From Gracilinanus agilis (lineage: Eukaryota), in NCBI RefSeq assembly GCF_016433145.1, contig NC_058134.1:197360847-197423182 (forward strand): 62,336 nucleotides of DNA. The letters are read 5' to 3'. A program made the position numbers and the translations under genes. Shown piece after piece: positions 11,070 to 24,400 of this stretch; within the stretch, counting starts at the first letter, position 1, and every line of letters begins with the position of its first letter. The notes under the pieces were generated by a model, which saw nothing but the letters and a program-made list of their open reading frames with translations, had not been told where the DNA came from and searched no databases.

Positions 11070-12065
11070 CTAATTTAGGATGACATGCAACTGGAAAATG
11101 TCAAGAGGAAGGCAATCAGGACAGTGAAGGGCCTTGACATTATATCATGTAGCAGTTGGAGGAACTGAGGATGTTTGACCTAGAGAGATGTAAGAATTTA
11201 AATTTAGAGGTTTGACTAAATATGAGAATTCTGAAGTAATATTGTAGTCACTGATTTAAAGATATTATAACTTAAATCAAAAATGATTTTAGTAGCTTTA
11301 TTTACAAAGAGGTAGAAAGAGTGAAAATGGAAAAAGGTAGCTAAAGAAATAGGTTTTAACAAGCCTACTAGCCCTTCTCTAGTGAAGTGAGGCTCAGCCC
11401 CGCTTCCCCACGTCCCGTGGTGTCTTCAGACAGTTACTCACCCAAGGCGAAATCCTCCAACACCGAAGTCCAAAGGAGAAGATCCAGGAGCAGCCCTCCA
11501 AGAAGCAGTCCAAGAGTCAAGGTCCCAAGTCAAAGTTCAAAGTCCAAAGCCACCACCAAGAGGCAAGTCACTAGCCAAAGATCCATGGACAGGAAGTTTA
11601 GGACTTTTTATAGTCCTTTTTCCATGTCACTTCTTGTCCCCTCCTCTACTTTATGGGAACCAATTGCAGCCTTTCAATTTGCTTAGCATTGCCCAGGGGG
11701 TGGAGCATGAATCATGTAACCATGTTAAAAATGAATATTAATAAATGTTTGAAAAAAAAGCGATGATTGATAGACAAAGAAAGTTTGATTCACTCTTCAC
11801 AGAGAAGAAAACTTAGAAGTGTTCAGGTAGCTGAACAGTTGTCATGTGGAATAAGGATTAATTGTGATTGGCCTCTAAGTGCAGAGGTGGGAACAACTGG
11901 TAGAAATAGCAAAGCAGTAAATTTAGGCTTGGTGCAATGGAAAAACAACATTTTAGAGGCATCCCACAATGGAATGGGCTGCTGGGGGGGACGAAGGGAG
12001 GGAATAGTGGGTCTTCTCTCTCTAAAAGTCTTCAAGTCAAAGCTTAATGATTGCTTCCAAATGCA
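11070..12065 (+). mobile_element. L3/CR1 3' fragment interrupted by an LTR-like insert (~11189-11708)
   Basis: Degenerate KLExVQRRAxRxVKGL...ELRMF (11090-11188) and RFRLDxRKNFL...WNGL...VGSPSLEVFKxRL (11900-12065); the intervening sequence starts TGTAAG and has a minus-strand AATAAA. Confidence 0.65.
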
Positions 12066-13423
12066 GATGAGACCCTTGTGAAGGTTGATTCTTGACACAA
12101 AAGTCAAGCCTTTGTGGTCCACTCCAGTTCTGAGATTCTGTGGATTTTTGAAACTGCTATTTGTTTTTCCATTTGGGAATGGGCTAGAAGGGGTGGGCCT
12201 AGAATATGGCATGGGGGTTAGGGTGACCCCCCTTTACTTAGGTCACGTGTTGAGAAGAGTCAGAGAATTCTCATTGTCCTTAGTACGGCATCAAAAGAGA
12301 GTGAGGACTTTGATCAAGGTCCAGAGTATGAACAAAATGGTGACTCCTTGAGGTCCTGGTTGGTGGCTGGAAGTAACAGAACTGATGGTTTCATTCTGCT
12401 TTTTTTGAGGGGAGGGAGAGGATAGGGGCAGGGTGGGCCAAAGTAGAACAAGGCAGCAGAAAGGAAGCCTAATCCTTTCAGGAGAGTTGTTGAATATCTC
12501 AGGCTTTGGTTAAATGCAAGAATGGAGGGAAAAGTTTTTCTAATCAGGTCTACTTCTACAAGGTGGGAACTGAGGAGTCAAAGGGCCTCTCTACTGTTCT
12601 GGTCATTGATTGGGTTTGAGGTAAGGAATTCTGGGACATATTTGGACATGGAAGCTAGGGAAATAGAGCTTCCCTCTAATTGGGGAATACAGGTGCTCCT
12701 GGAGCTCTGGTGGAAAGCAAAGGGTGGGTGAAGGACAAAGATAGGTCTCTGTACCCCTTGCCTTCTAAACCCAAAGAGGTGGGGAAATGGAAGAAAATGG
12801 ATAATTTTGCTTGGGCTAAAGGGAGAAAGGATTGGAGGTAGCAATGAGCAGGGCTATGGAGGAAAGGGGCAGGAGATCTGGCATTCCAGAGAAGCAGGAC
12901 TGGGTTTTTTTTTGACAGTGACTATCTCTTGGGGCAGTTAGATGGTACAGTGGACAAAAGACATCTTCCTGAGTTCGTATCTAGCCTCAGATACTTAGTA
13001 GCTATGTCAGCTAAGTGACTGGGCAAGTCACTTAACCCTGTTTACAACTTCCTCAACTGTAGAATGAGGTGGAGAAACAGCAAATCACATTTTTGCCAAG
13101 AAAACCCCAAATGAAGTCACAGAGGAGGGAAATGAACATCTCTTCTTCACATGATTTTTCAAATATTCCTTGCTTTTGAGGGGATAAAAGAGGCAGAGAA
13201 GAATGGAAAACTTTCTGTTTTGAGGAGTTTTGGACAGTGTTGGTTCCCTTATTTTTTTCCCTGTTCCTCTGAGGAAAACCTGGCCAAAGATCTCATATTT
13301 AGTTAGGGGTTTAGTCCAACCCTTTCATTTTACAAAGGAGGAAGCCAACATGCCCAGGTTATAAAACTATGACTTGTCTAAGATCACAGAAATAGTGAGT
13401 TAAATATTTATTAAGAACTTACC

Positions 13424-13625
13424 AGGGGGCAGCTGGGTGGCTCAGTGGATTGAGAGCCAGGCCTAGAGATGGGAGGTCCTGGGTTCAAATCTGGTCTCAG
13501 ACACTTCCTAGCTGTGTGACCTGGGTAAGTCACTTGACCCCCATTGCCTAGCTCTTACCACTCTTCTGCCTTAGAACCAATACACAATATTGATTCTGAG
13601 GTAGAAGGTAAGGGTTTAAAAAAAA
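13424..13625 (+). mobile_element. Full-length SINE1_Mdo-like SINE
   Basis: gggggcagctgggtggctcagtggattgagagccaggcctagaga...gtaagggtttaaaaaa. Confidence 0.9.
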
Positions 13626-13629
13626 GAGC

Positions 13630-14120
13630 TTACTGCCAAGAGGGATTATAAAAGGGCTATAAAGAAATGCAGACAATTCTTGGCCCCAAGGAGCTTACAA
13701 TCCAATGAGAGACACATAAATGACTAGATATATTCTAAGCAGCTATGAATTGAACTAAGTCTTAAAGGAAGTCAGGGAGATTTAAAAAGATGAGGAAAGT
13801 GTGTTCTGGACAAAGGGGACAGCCAATATAAAGGCTCAAAGATGGGACACAGTGTGGGTACACACGTGTAGGTCTGACCCAGCTAGATCACAGAGTGTAC
13901 ACAAAAGCAATATGGACAAAAACTGGAAATGTAGGAAGGGGACATGTGAAAAGACTTAAATGCTAAGAATGTCCTATTTTAACTTGAGGGCAATAGGGAA
14001 ACATTGGAATTTATAGGACAGGAGAATAAGAAGTCAGACTTTAGGGGGAAAATTCACTTTAGCAGCCGAGTGGAGAAGATAGATTAGTAAAGGAAAGAGA
14101 CTTAAGGCATAGGCTGTTCC
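13630..14120 (-). mobile_element. Old L2 fragment
   Basis: aaggagcttacaatccaatgagagac and related L2 3' motifs. Confidence 0.55.
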
Positions 14121-14180
14121 CTGACTTTTCTTCAATTCTTGAGTCTTTTGATAAGCGCTTTTAACTTTTTCAACATTTTC

Positions 14181-14186
14181 TTTAAT
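14181..14186 (-). terminator. ATTAAA, probable CDCA3 poly(A) signal
   Basis: First recognisable hexamer, ~230 nt after the CDCA3 stop. Confidence 0.45.
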
Positions 14187-14417
14187 ATAAATCATACATA
14201 CTTCAAATACACACTGTACAAAGTGGAGATGGGGGAATTATCTTGAACACAGAAATATGGAGAGCATGAAGATAACAGCTGACAAGATATGCTCTCTGTC
14301 AGAGCTGATTACTTCAGTTTTGTGGGGAGGTGAGATGAACAAATGGGTTCATTTCTTGGCCATTAGGAGAGGAGATAAAATGAAGCATCAAAGTCTAGGA
14401 GCAGAACAAATTAGGCT

Positions 14418-16761
14418 CTAGTTCTCAACCAAGGAACAATGCTGGTTTTCTTTGTTATGACCCTGATCCCAGGCCCATCCAGTGATCTTCAGAGGGTGTC
14501 CAGTTACCAGAATAGCCCCTTCTTTCCGATCTCCCATATTCTCACTCAGCACTGTAGAACGTTTACTCTATAGGGGAAGGAGAGGAGAGACTTAATAGAA
14601 GCAATTCCAGACAAAGAAGCTGCTTTGCTAAGGACCAAACTACTCAGTAAACCCCCTTTCTCCCCACAACCTTTACCTGCCGAGGCATCAGGGGACCAGG
14701 GGAATTATCATCCTGCAGGGTGGTGAGGGGTGATCTCCCTAGGACCTTGCTAGCAGGTTTCCTTCTAGGGGGCTTAGAACCTGAATGGTGGTAGGGTGAA
14801 GGGAGAAATAAAAATCAGAGTTGTCCTACAGATACTCACCTCCAACATAGGTCACTCCCTTCGTTACATGAGGAGTCTTTCCCTCTGAAGGGAAACTTGT
14901 TTGCTACTTTTTCTCCCACTAGTATCTTGTACCTGAAGAACAAGGAGTCTCAGAGCCTCTCAAGAACTTATCAGGGTCCTGGCTGGTCATTCGAGGTGCT
15001 GGAGGCTGTTCTGTTACTTCTGTAGTGTTTGTCTGTTTTCGGGAAACCTCAATTTGGCTCAGGGAGGTTGGTGGTATTTGGCGTTCAAGGGAGAGTGGAG
15101 ACAAGTCCTGCTCAGGCTGGGATGAAAACTTCACAGGTAGGGCTGGTTCAGTAGAATGCTCTGGCTTAGAGGCTTCAGCCCCAAAGGCCTCACTAAGCTG
15201 CTTTACCAGCTGGTTTGAAGGGTCTGGAAGAGACAAGCTGGAAATAAGAACTGTTTCCAGACTCTTTGTCAGTCATACAACAAGAGCATAGAGGGTAAGT
15301 CTTGTGACCTAGTCACTGGAGCAGGAATTTTAAAGTTTTGGTGTGTGTTATGGAATAATTTTTTAATGTATAAAATATATAGGACTACAAAGAAAACCAA
15401 TTATATTGAAATGAAGTCTTCAAAATATTTTTTAAAGAGTTCACTGATCAGCCCAAAGTTAGATAAGGATCCAATCATGAAGGGACAAAAATTCATGGGA
15501 TAGAAAGATATAGGGGGAGGGGTGAAGATGGGGAAGGGAGGAAAAGAGAAATCTTCGTTCCTTTAGAAAGAAGGATAAGAGTTTTGGATAGGGGGTTGTG
15601 GGGATAGTTTTATGTGAAATGGCTCTAACAGATCTGTGTTGGTCCTGGGTGTCATACTCACCCACAGTGCTGGTTTTCATGGGTGTTCGGATAATGCCAA
15701 ATGTGGGAGAACGGGGATCTGAGCCCTGAGGTTGTTGTATGTATTTGATCCCCACTTTCTGCTGCTGTTCCTTGGCAGAGGGACTTAGTTGTGGTGAGCT
15801 CTCCACCTGCCAATATGACATAGAACCTAGGCCAGTTCTCAGGCCTAGGGTGGCCCCTACCTCCTCTCTTGTGCTTCCCAACAATATAATTGCATCAACT
15901 GAAGATTCACATGATAGATCCCTTTGTAGGCACTACTATCACCCTTTGTAGATAGATAGACAGATAGCTAGTTAGATAAAAGAAAGCTCAGAGAGATTAG
16001 ATGACTTGTTCATGGTCACCAGGGGTAGATGTTGGCAAAGTGGACAGAGTTCAAATCCAGCCTCAGACACTTACTTGCTGTGTCACCCAGGGCAAGACAT
16101 TTAACCTCTGTTTGATTCAGTTTCCTCCTCTGTAAAAGGGGATAATAATAGTACCAACCTCTTGGGATTGCAGTGAGGAATATATGAAATCTTCTGTAAA
16201 GCACTTAGCATAGCACCTTGGTACACAGCAAGCACAAAATAATCGTTAACTATTATAGAAGATAATTATGGTCACAACATGCAGATGTTGGAATTTTTGT
16301 GATTGAGACTTAGGTCTCTTGTTTCCAAATCCAGTGGAACTACCCTCTAGTCCATCTAGGGTAGAATGGAAAAGAACTCTCACTTTGAAGTCAGAAAGAC
16401 CTGGGTTTACCTCCCGGGTTTTGCTATGATACCACCTTGAGCTAATTCATTTCACCTCTCTGAGCCTCAGTTTCCTCAACTATAAAATGAGTAAACTGGA
16501 TCAAACAGTTCCACACTCGGGGATAGGGCTTGGGTTGCTCATCTCCCAGGGGTGGGGAGCACAAGGAGCCCCTTTACACCTACAGCCCAAAGGGATCTAG
16601 GGCAGACTGGGGGCCCTTCAAGCTTCCCACCTTCCCAGTACCTGGATGGGGGTGCGCAGAATGCCTGCGCTGGGAGAACGAGGATCTGTTACGTGTGCCA
16701 GGTGCTTGTTGCAGGGCGCAGGACCCGCCGGGGTGGCCGGGATGCTCTTGGCCGAGCCCAT
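14418..16761 (-). CDS. CDCA3: Cell division cycle-associated protein 3 (TOME-1), 269 aa
   Basis: Coding exons complement(16642-16761, 15662-15806, 14933-15223, 14677-14780, 14418-14567) total 810 nt, all GT-AG. Sequence MGSAKSIPATP..., two DPRSP motifs, LVKQLSEAF, KVLGRSPLTTLQDDNSP and a C-terminal KEN box (HNKENQH). Confidence 0.96.
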
Positions 16762-18490
16762 CCTCACTGCTCCGCTGGTCAGCGGCCCGCGAGGCCGGGA
16801 GGAGGGGAGGACCTAGTAGGAGAAAAGGGTCGCTCAGGGATCTGACTCGTACCCCGCGCCACTTCACTCCCACGCCAAGGGGATTGACCTTTGGCTTCTG
16901 ACCTGCCTTGGTTCCCAGGAGTGAAGGCCCGAGCGCCGTCCAGACTGAGAGTCCCGGCGGAGAAATTAAGGATTTTAGTTGGAAGGAGATGGTCTTCTCA
17001 AATCCGAAAACACGCTCACTTTCCGAGTTCAGGGATCGCCTGCAGATCTGTTACCATTCGGTCCCAAATTCTAAAAGTTGCGTTTCAAACCTCCCGCCAC
17101 GCCCCCATGCTACCTCTGATTGGCTGAACTTCCTGTACGTGAGACGCCTCTTGCCAATCTGGGCGTTCATTGGGCCTGCGGGCTGTCTGTCGAACGCATC
17201 ACTGGGGCCAATGGGCATTTAAAACGGGACTCTGGTCCAGAAAGCCCACCTACTATAGTGAAAACCCTTAGATCTTTTTCGAGGTTAACCTTTGATTAAA
17301 TGACTTTTTCTCGAATTCATGCCGGCTGACATTCCGTGAATCCCTCAAAAAGCGTTAATGAACTGTTTCGTGTTGGCTATCACTTAGTATTTTAACGGGG
17401 AACAGAAGACTTAAAAATTATGGATAAAATATGAATGAAAAGACAGAGCAAGCTTTGCCAAGTTAATTTTCCCCCTTGCCCCCTTCCCCCCAAAAAAGGT
17501 TATTCTATTGCATCTATTGGATAGGGCTACATCAATCATGTATCTCCTAAGGTTTCCTCCTCCTTAGAAAATGCTTTTCAAATGCCTGGAAAGAAGCTAT
17601 TCTCTCAATCCTTCCATTTTTTTCGATTAGGCCATTCCCAGTAAACGTTTCACGGATTGATTAGTTAAAATATCTGTCAATTACTTGAAAAGTAGATTTG
17701 GATTGGTCAGCTGAAGGCGCGTGAGGGGTCGACAGAGGTGGCATAGTCAGGAGAGCAAAAACTTCGCTACCGGCCTCGCAATCCTATAAGCATTCTTTCT
17801 CTGGGGGTCGTGGATTGGCTAAGCCAGCTGCCAATTGCTGTAGGAATGATTTTCATTGGTTTCCATATAAAGTAGGGGAGAGCAATTTTACCTAACCGCC
17901 AGCCGCGCGCGTCGCTTTTTAGTGCGCGTGCGCTCAGAGTGGTTTACGGATTGGTGGAGGGAGTAGGGGCGAGGAACGGTGGGAGTCGCGGGAGCCGTTC
18001 TGTGTGGAAGCGCTGCTGCCGGTGTCATGGCGGAGCTGAGTGAGGAGGCGCTGCTATCTGTATTACCGACTATCCGGGTCCCCAAGGCCGGAGATCGGGT
18101 TCACAAAGACGAGTGCGCCTTCTCCTTCGACACACCGGTAAGCCCACTCCCCATGCCTGCGGCGAGCATCGCCCTGGTCATTCTGCCGGGGCCTGCACGA
18201 CCGGGACTATCGCAAGGCACTATGGGATTTGTAGTCCTCCGCGCCCTCCTCCGCCGTTAATACTCACGAGCAAAAGGACTGTAAGCGACTACCACCCCCA
18301 AGTGCCCCTTATTCAACCCTTCTTTTCCCTGTCCTGTGGAGCACTCTGGGGGTTGTAGTTGCCCATGCCTTTCTCTGTCATTGCAAGCCTCAGGTGCACC
18401 CGAGCCAAAGGACTACATCTCCCGAGTGGTCCTGGCGACCAGCTGGAGAGTTCTCGCTGGGCGCGTGGGGCCCATCGGGAGTGGTAGTCT
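16640..18490. promoter_or_regulatory. CpG island / bidirectional CDCA3-USP5 promoter
   Basis: High CpG density in an otherwise CpG-poor genome; head-to-head start codons at 16761 (-) and 18027 (+); further ATTGG boxes at 17700-17870. Confidence 0.85.
17084..17215 (-). promoter_or_regulatory. CDCA3 cell-cycle promoter: CDE/CHR plus multiple CCAAT boxes
   Basis: Minus strand GGCGG-4 nt-TTTGAA (17098-17094, 17089-17084); CCAAT/ATTGG at about 17119, 17153, 17169 and 17209; donor of non-coding exon 1 (g|gtaaca) at about 17054. Confidence 0.8.
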
Positions 18491-21400
18491 GCTGGGAGGT
18501 TTGCCTTTTCTCCCTTCCCCCCTTCTTCCCACACCCACCCAGGCTGCCATGGGGGTAGCTTTAGTAGTGCACTGCGCCTACCCCAGGTGCTGGTTCACTT
18601 TAGGATCAGTGATTGAGTAGGCCTGCCACCTTATGGGGAGGGGCTCATATTGGATCATGAAATGCAAGTGTTTCCTATCCACTGGCAAAGACTCATCCTT
18701 ATTCCCCTTACCTCCCCTCCCTCTCTCTCCCCACTACTGTTATTGCTCCCCGAGTAAGGCCCGGAAAGACGGCTCGTCTCGAAGAAATGCAAAAGAATCT
18801 TACTCATCTCCAGTCCCGACTTAGATACTTCACAAAGCCACCACCACCCACACACTATGCTACATACTAATCACCCAGTGCCTCTTTTCCTGCTTGTATT
18901 TCATTCTCAACCAGAGATATCCAAGAACAGAGCATTGTGCAGTGTAATGGCAGTCTAATGGTGAAGGCTTAGAATGAGAAGGCAGTAAACTGGGTGTGTT
19001 CTCTCTTTCTCTGTAGCTCTTGGGCCTTGCCTTGAGGTGTTCAATCAAGACTAGCTCATATTTGAAATCGGCAAGTCAGAGTGGAAGGCCCTCATTATAT
19101 GCATCATCAGGGCTTAAAATAGATAGTTCTCTGTTCTGAAGCTTTTATCTAATGCCTTAGTGCAGTTTTTATCAATTGTGATTTTGCGGTCTGGAGATCC
19201 CTGGAGCTTGTCTTTGACAGGTGATGGGAGAGGATTCCTCAGACTCGAACTCTAGAGACCTTTTTTTGCATTGTGAAAACCACACGACTTTTATTTCTAG
19301 AGCAGAAATTGAATAATGAATTCTATGATGCTTACTTAGTGTAACTGTTAGGCCTCTCCCTTTTCAGATTATAGGGTTTGAATAGTTATTTGTTTATATG
19401 TTAAAAGTGGAAGTTGAACTTCTTGAAGGCAGGGACTGATTTTGTTTTGTCATTTTATCCTCAGATAGCATAGGTAGCACCTTGTGTGTAATAAGAATTA
19501 TATGTTATTAATACTTGTTGAATTCATAGATTGGGTGAAGATCCTACTTTCAAAGCAAAGGTTTTAACTCTGAGACTGATGCGTTTTTTTTTTTTTTAAT
19601 GTTCTCATCAACTTCTGTCAATTTCTGTTCTTGATGGCTTAAAAAACCCAGAAAGGACACTCTCTGTCTTTTGACAGCTAAATCCTTTTAAGGAACTGGC
19701 AGCTCTAGATAAAGAAACTAACAAAGCTTCCTTTACCCAGAACAAATATGGCCCACTTTGTGGAGCATTGTGGCCTCCTCTCTGGATAGGTTTAGTTGTT
19801 CCCATTTGGGGTGAGGGTGGGGACAGTGAAACGGGTTTAGTTTGTTTCTCCCATGGGAAAAGGCTATCAGGAATATTGTGAACCATACAGTAGTGTTAGG
19901 TTCAGATCTCTGCAAGGGCCTAGGATTTTCTTTGACCTATTCCTTGTAATATGAGGATTTTATAAAGCTATAAAAGTCCTTATTCTGAGGTTACACCTGT
20001 TGCTCCCTAGAGTATGTATACATCGTCATCACCCTCAATTTTCTCTTCCATTTTCTCCATCACTCGACCTCAAAGGAAACCTATTTTTCCTCCTCAGATA
20101 TGCACAGATTGAATTGGAAACTTGTCTTTCCCAGTATTTTTCTCTAGTGCATACATTGGTGACTTTTCAGAAAAGATAGCCTTGGAAATGGATGTGATTT
20201 CTTTGGGTGGGAGGCCCTGGTGGATTCTGATAATTTTGAGCAGTCTCTGGGAAGGGAGGAGGATTTTGCAGATAAGGAATGCTAGATTATCTAAGCTTCA
20301 GATTTTGGACATCTGAGATTTCCTAGTGCTTTGTGGAGTCACAATTCATCCAGCTCCCCACTATAGTATATTCTCTAAGGTTTAGTTCCTTTTGGTCAGA
20401 TTTTTCTAGAGATATGAACCTCAATTTAGTTTCAAAGAAACAGTTCCCTAATCTGTCCTGCCATCCTGGCCATTTCTGAAGAAACCTTGTGGGTAAAAAC
20501 CAAGGATATTTGAGTCTAAAAGGAGTAAAAGGGCTCTAGAGATGTAGACTTTGTATTTATACGGAGTCCAACATTTTGGAAAGCACACTCCTAAGACTAT
20601 CTTAATCTTTGATATGGGATGGACAGTCATAGTTTAGTCTATATTACAAGCTTTGTTTCTGTTAGAATTTCTGTTGAAAAATATTATAATAAGCCTCTGA
20701 TTTTTGCTTATAATTATATCATAAAATGCAAGTTTCATTTTGTTTCTTTAGCATTCCTGCTTTTGACTTCAAGCAATATTGACTAATCATAAACTATTTT
20801 CATTTTGTTTTCCATAGGGAATTCTGTAGCTTTCGTTCTGGAGTATAGATTGTCAGTGCTTTCAGATTTCTTTACAATAATGTCTTTTCATTTAAAAAAA
20901 CAAAATAGTATTTTATTTGGGGGTTTTAATTCTTTTGAGACCACCTGAGGAAATATCCATTTGCCTACTAACATCAACATTCTCATTATACAGTTTTTAA
21001 TCCAGCTTGTTAAATTAGGGATGCATGGTTAATTTGGCTTGAATTTGTAGTAATTATTTTGCTTTTGACCTCTTAAAAGCAAACTATGAATTAGTTTTCC
21101 CAGCACTAAATTTGAAATTAACTTCCTAAGTTGTCATTGCTTTTGATAGGTAATTCATGAATAATTTCTCTTAAGATTTCCATTTTAAATGGCAAATAGG
21201 AATTAGAATGGATCTGTATATTTATATTTCTATAGCCAGCCAAGTAAAGGAGAAACCATTAGTACATGAATATAATGATTATAATCTAATGGCTTTGATA
21301 TCTAAGCACAGAAATATAGGTGTAGGCTCCATTTTTTCCTTAATAAAGAGCATAATTTTAACATTTTTTAAAAAAAGTATGATAGTTTTCCTAGGAAACT

Positions 21401-24400
21401 GTTTTAGACTATATTGGTTCCTAACTTTCTAAATCTTATGTGTATAATTTTATAGTGTGTTCATTTATAGAGGTATGTGTATGTATTCACAAGTACTTTT
21501 GTTTCTATATTTATTTTATAATGGACTTTGGTATCCTGTGATATTTCCTTCTTTTCTTTCAAATGTACACTGTTTTGTCTCAGTCCACAATGTAATACTA
21601 CAGTACATTGTATTGTTTTCAGGTCAAAGGATGTATAAAACATTCAGGGATTAATATTTGAGAAAGATGTTCTCTATATTTTATTAGAATACAAATCTTT
21701 GTAGGTTTACTAAGCTGAACCATTATAGTTTTTTGGTATATGATTGCTTTGGGTTACTATTTAAAAACTAACCCCCCTCATTCATGTCAGTCTGACATAG
21801 ATCTAAAAATAGCCTGGTTCAGTTAAATAATATTAGAATCTCAATATGGATTCTCATCCCTTTGGGAAACCCATATGGCCAGCTTTCCCTTCCCTCTGTT
21901 CCTATCTCCCATCTCTTAGGAGTCCGAGGGTGGTCTCTACATTTGCATGAATACCTTCCTGGGCTTTGGGAAACAGTATGTTGAGAAGCACTACTGCAGG
22001 ACTGGCCAGCGGGTCTACCTTCACCTCCAAAGGACCCGCCGTCCGGTAAGATGAATGGGCACGAGCAGGGTGAAGTCACTTTCATGTTAGGCCCTCAGAG
22101 CCTGGCCATTTGAATTGCTTTCAAGAATCTTTTCTCTTTGCGCTTTCTGTTCTTATTCTTGTTTCTCAGGTTTTTTTCTTTTCACTCAGTGAATTTTTCC
22201 CTGCTCAGTTCTTTCCTCCCATTTTCTACAAAACACTGTATTTATTCCTATGGTCCTGGCATTGACCCTGATCTCCTTGCCTCATTGTAGAAAGAAGATG
22301 ATAGCACTTCAGGTACTGGAGATCCTCCCAGGAAGAAGCCTACTCGCTTAGCTATTGGTGAGCATTTTGCACAGCATCATCCCCTTATTCTCTTTACTAG
22401 AATAGCCCATTTGCTCTCATTGCTATGAAGACTGCCCTAAAGAAGGGGCACTCAGTTTTGGAGCAGGTGGGAGGGTCAGGGGTCTAGGCCCCTCTGGGAT
22501 GCCAAGCCTCAGCTGTTTCCCTCTTTGTCCTTTCCTCTCTGCTTACCAGGTGTGGAAGGTGGCTTTGACATCACAGAGAAATATGAATACGATGAGGATG
22601 TGAAGATTGTCATTTTACCCGACTACCTGGAGATTGCCCGAGATGGGCTGGGAGGGCTGCCTGAAATGGTCAGAGATCGGGTATGGACATCCCCCCTGCC
22701 ACATTGGCACCAGAGAGCTTAAGGCTGGTGGGGGATGCGAGGGTCTGGGGAAGGCTGCTGGGAAAAAGGTAGAGCAGCATACAGAGCTAGGCGTCCAGTT
22801 CTGCCTCTGATGTTGGTGCCCTTCTGTCTGCTCTCCCAGATCACCAGTGCAGTGGAGGCCCTGCTGGCAGCAGACTCGGCCTCACGGAAACAGGAGGTGC
22901 AGGCTTGGGATGGGGAGGTGCGGCAAGTCTCCAAGCACGCCTTCAATCTCAAGCAGCTGGAGAATCCTGCCCGAATCCCTCCCTGGTGAGACCTAGCCCT
23001 GTGGCTTCCACAGACAGCATAGCGTCTCAGTGGGGAAAGAGAGGGCACTCCTCCAGGTTTGGAGCTGGTAGGGAAAAAGAATTAGGGGAGAGGGGGCAGC
23101 TACAGCAAAGAGGGGAGATCAGGGGCGAGTAAGTGTCCTTGTTGTCTTCATTGTATAAATACACATTTGGGAATGCACAAAGAAATTTTGTTGGTGGGGA
23201 GGTTTAGGCTGCCATAGCCCACTTGAGGTTTCAAAGGGAAAGCTCAGCCTTTTCCTTGTTCTGTTTTGGCAGTGGCTGGAAATGTTCCAAGTGTGATATG
23301 CGGGAAAACCTGTGGCTCAACATGACGGATGGTTCCATACTCTGTGGTCGTCGATACTTTGATGGCAGTGGGGGCAATAACCACGCAGTGGAACATTACA
23401 AAGAAACTGGCTACCCTTTGGCAGTCAAGCTAGGCACCATCACACCTGATGGTGCAGGTATGGCCCCTCCACCTTCCTCTTATGTCCATCTTCCTTTGCT
23501 TTAACAGACCCTTAGTTTTAGCGACTCTTCTGTTTCTTCAAGAAATCCAGCAGGGGCTCACAGGTGATCTTTACTTTGAGATACTGGCTACCTTGCATGC
23601 CTGGAATGCTCCCCTTCCTCATCTCTACCTCCTGGCTTCCCAAGATCCCTTCAAATCTCAGCTAAAATTCCAGCTTCTACAAGAAGCCTTTCCTGATCCC
23701 CCTTCCTGAAAATATTTTCTAGTAGTTTGCGTATATGATCTTATTTGTAAGTAGTTGTTTGCATGTTGTCTGCCATTAGATTGTAAACTGCTTGAGAACC
23801 ATTTTCCTCTTTTTTAAACCCAAGCTCTTAGCACAGTGCCTGGCATATCAAAAGTATTTAATACATGTTTGTCTAGTTGGCTTGAGGTTCTGGGAGGGTG
23901 TCCTAAATAAATTTTGTCATTCCATCCCATGAGGGCTTCTTCCCCTTTGGAATCAGAGAGGCTGAGAGCAAATCCATTCTCCCCATTGGTAATGGCATTC
24001 CTTCTTTTTTGCCCAGATGTTTACTCATATGATGAAGATGATATGGTTCTGGATCCCAACCTGGCAGAGCACCTAGCCCATTTTGGTATTGACATGCTGA
24101 AGATGCAGAAGGTGAGCAAGCTGTTTCCCATAGCTTCTTCTCTTCACCCCCACCACCCCTCAACCACAGTGAGACCTGGAACTTAGATTGGGGGTGGCCT
24201 GGGGCTTGAGCTCTGGCCTCAAGCAGCTGGCATTGAGAGAGAATGCTTTAGGATCAACCACCTCTACTAGGTGGACAGGGTTTGGTATTTCCTCTGAAAA
24301 ACTTCTGTCTAGGATCAAGGATTATCTTTTTCATTCCTTGATTCACATAGAAGCTAGATGACTGTCTCAGATTTCTGTTTCATGTTCCATGGAGGAGATG

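Noticed and set aside
12240-12400. Minus-strand KDNENSLTLL as the CDCA3 terminal KEN-box exon
   Set aside because: In-frame stop just upstream; the true last exon (14418-14567, ...HNKENQHCSLVEN*) matches CDCA3 throughout
13424-13500. tRNA-like sequences
   Set aside because: These are the tRNA-derived heads of SINEs, not tRNA genes
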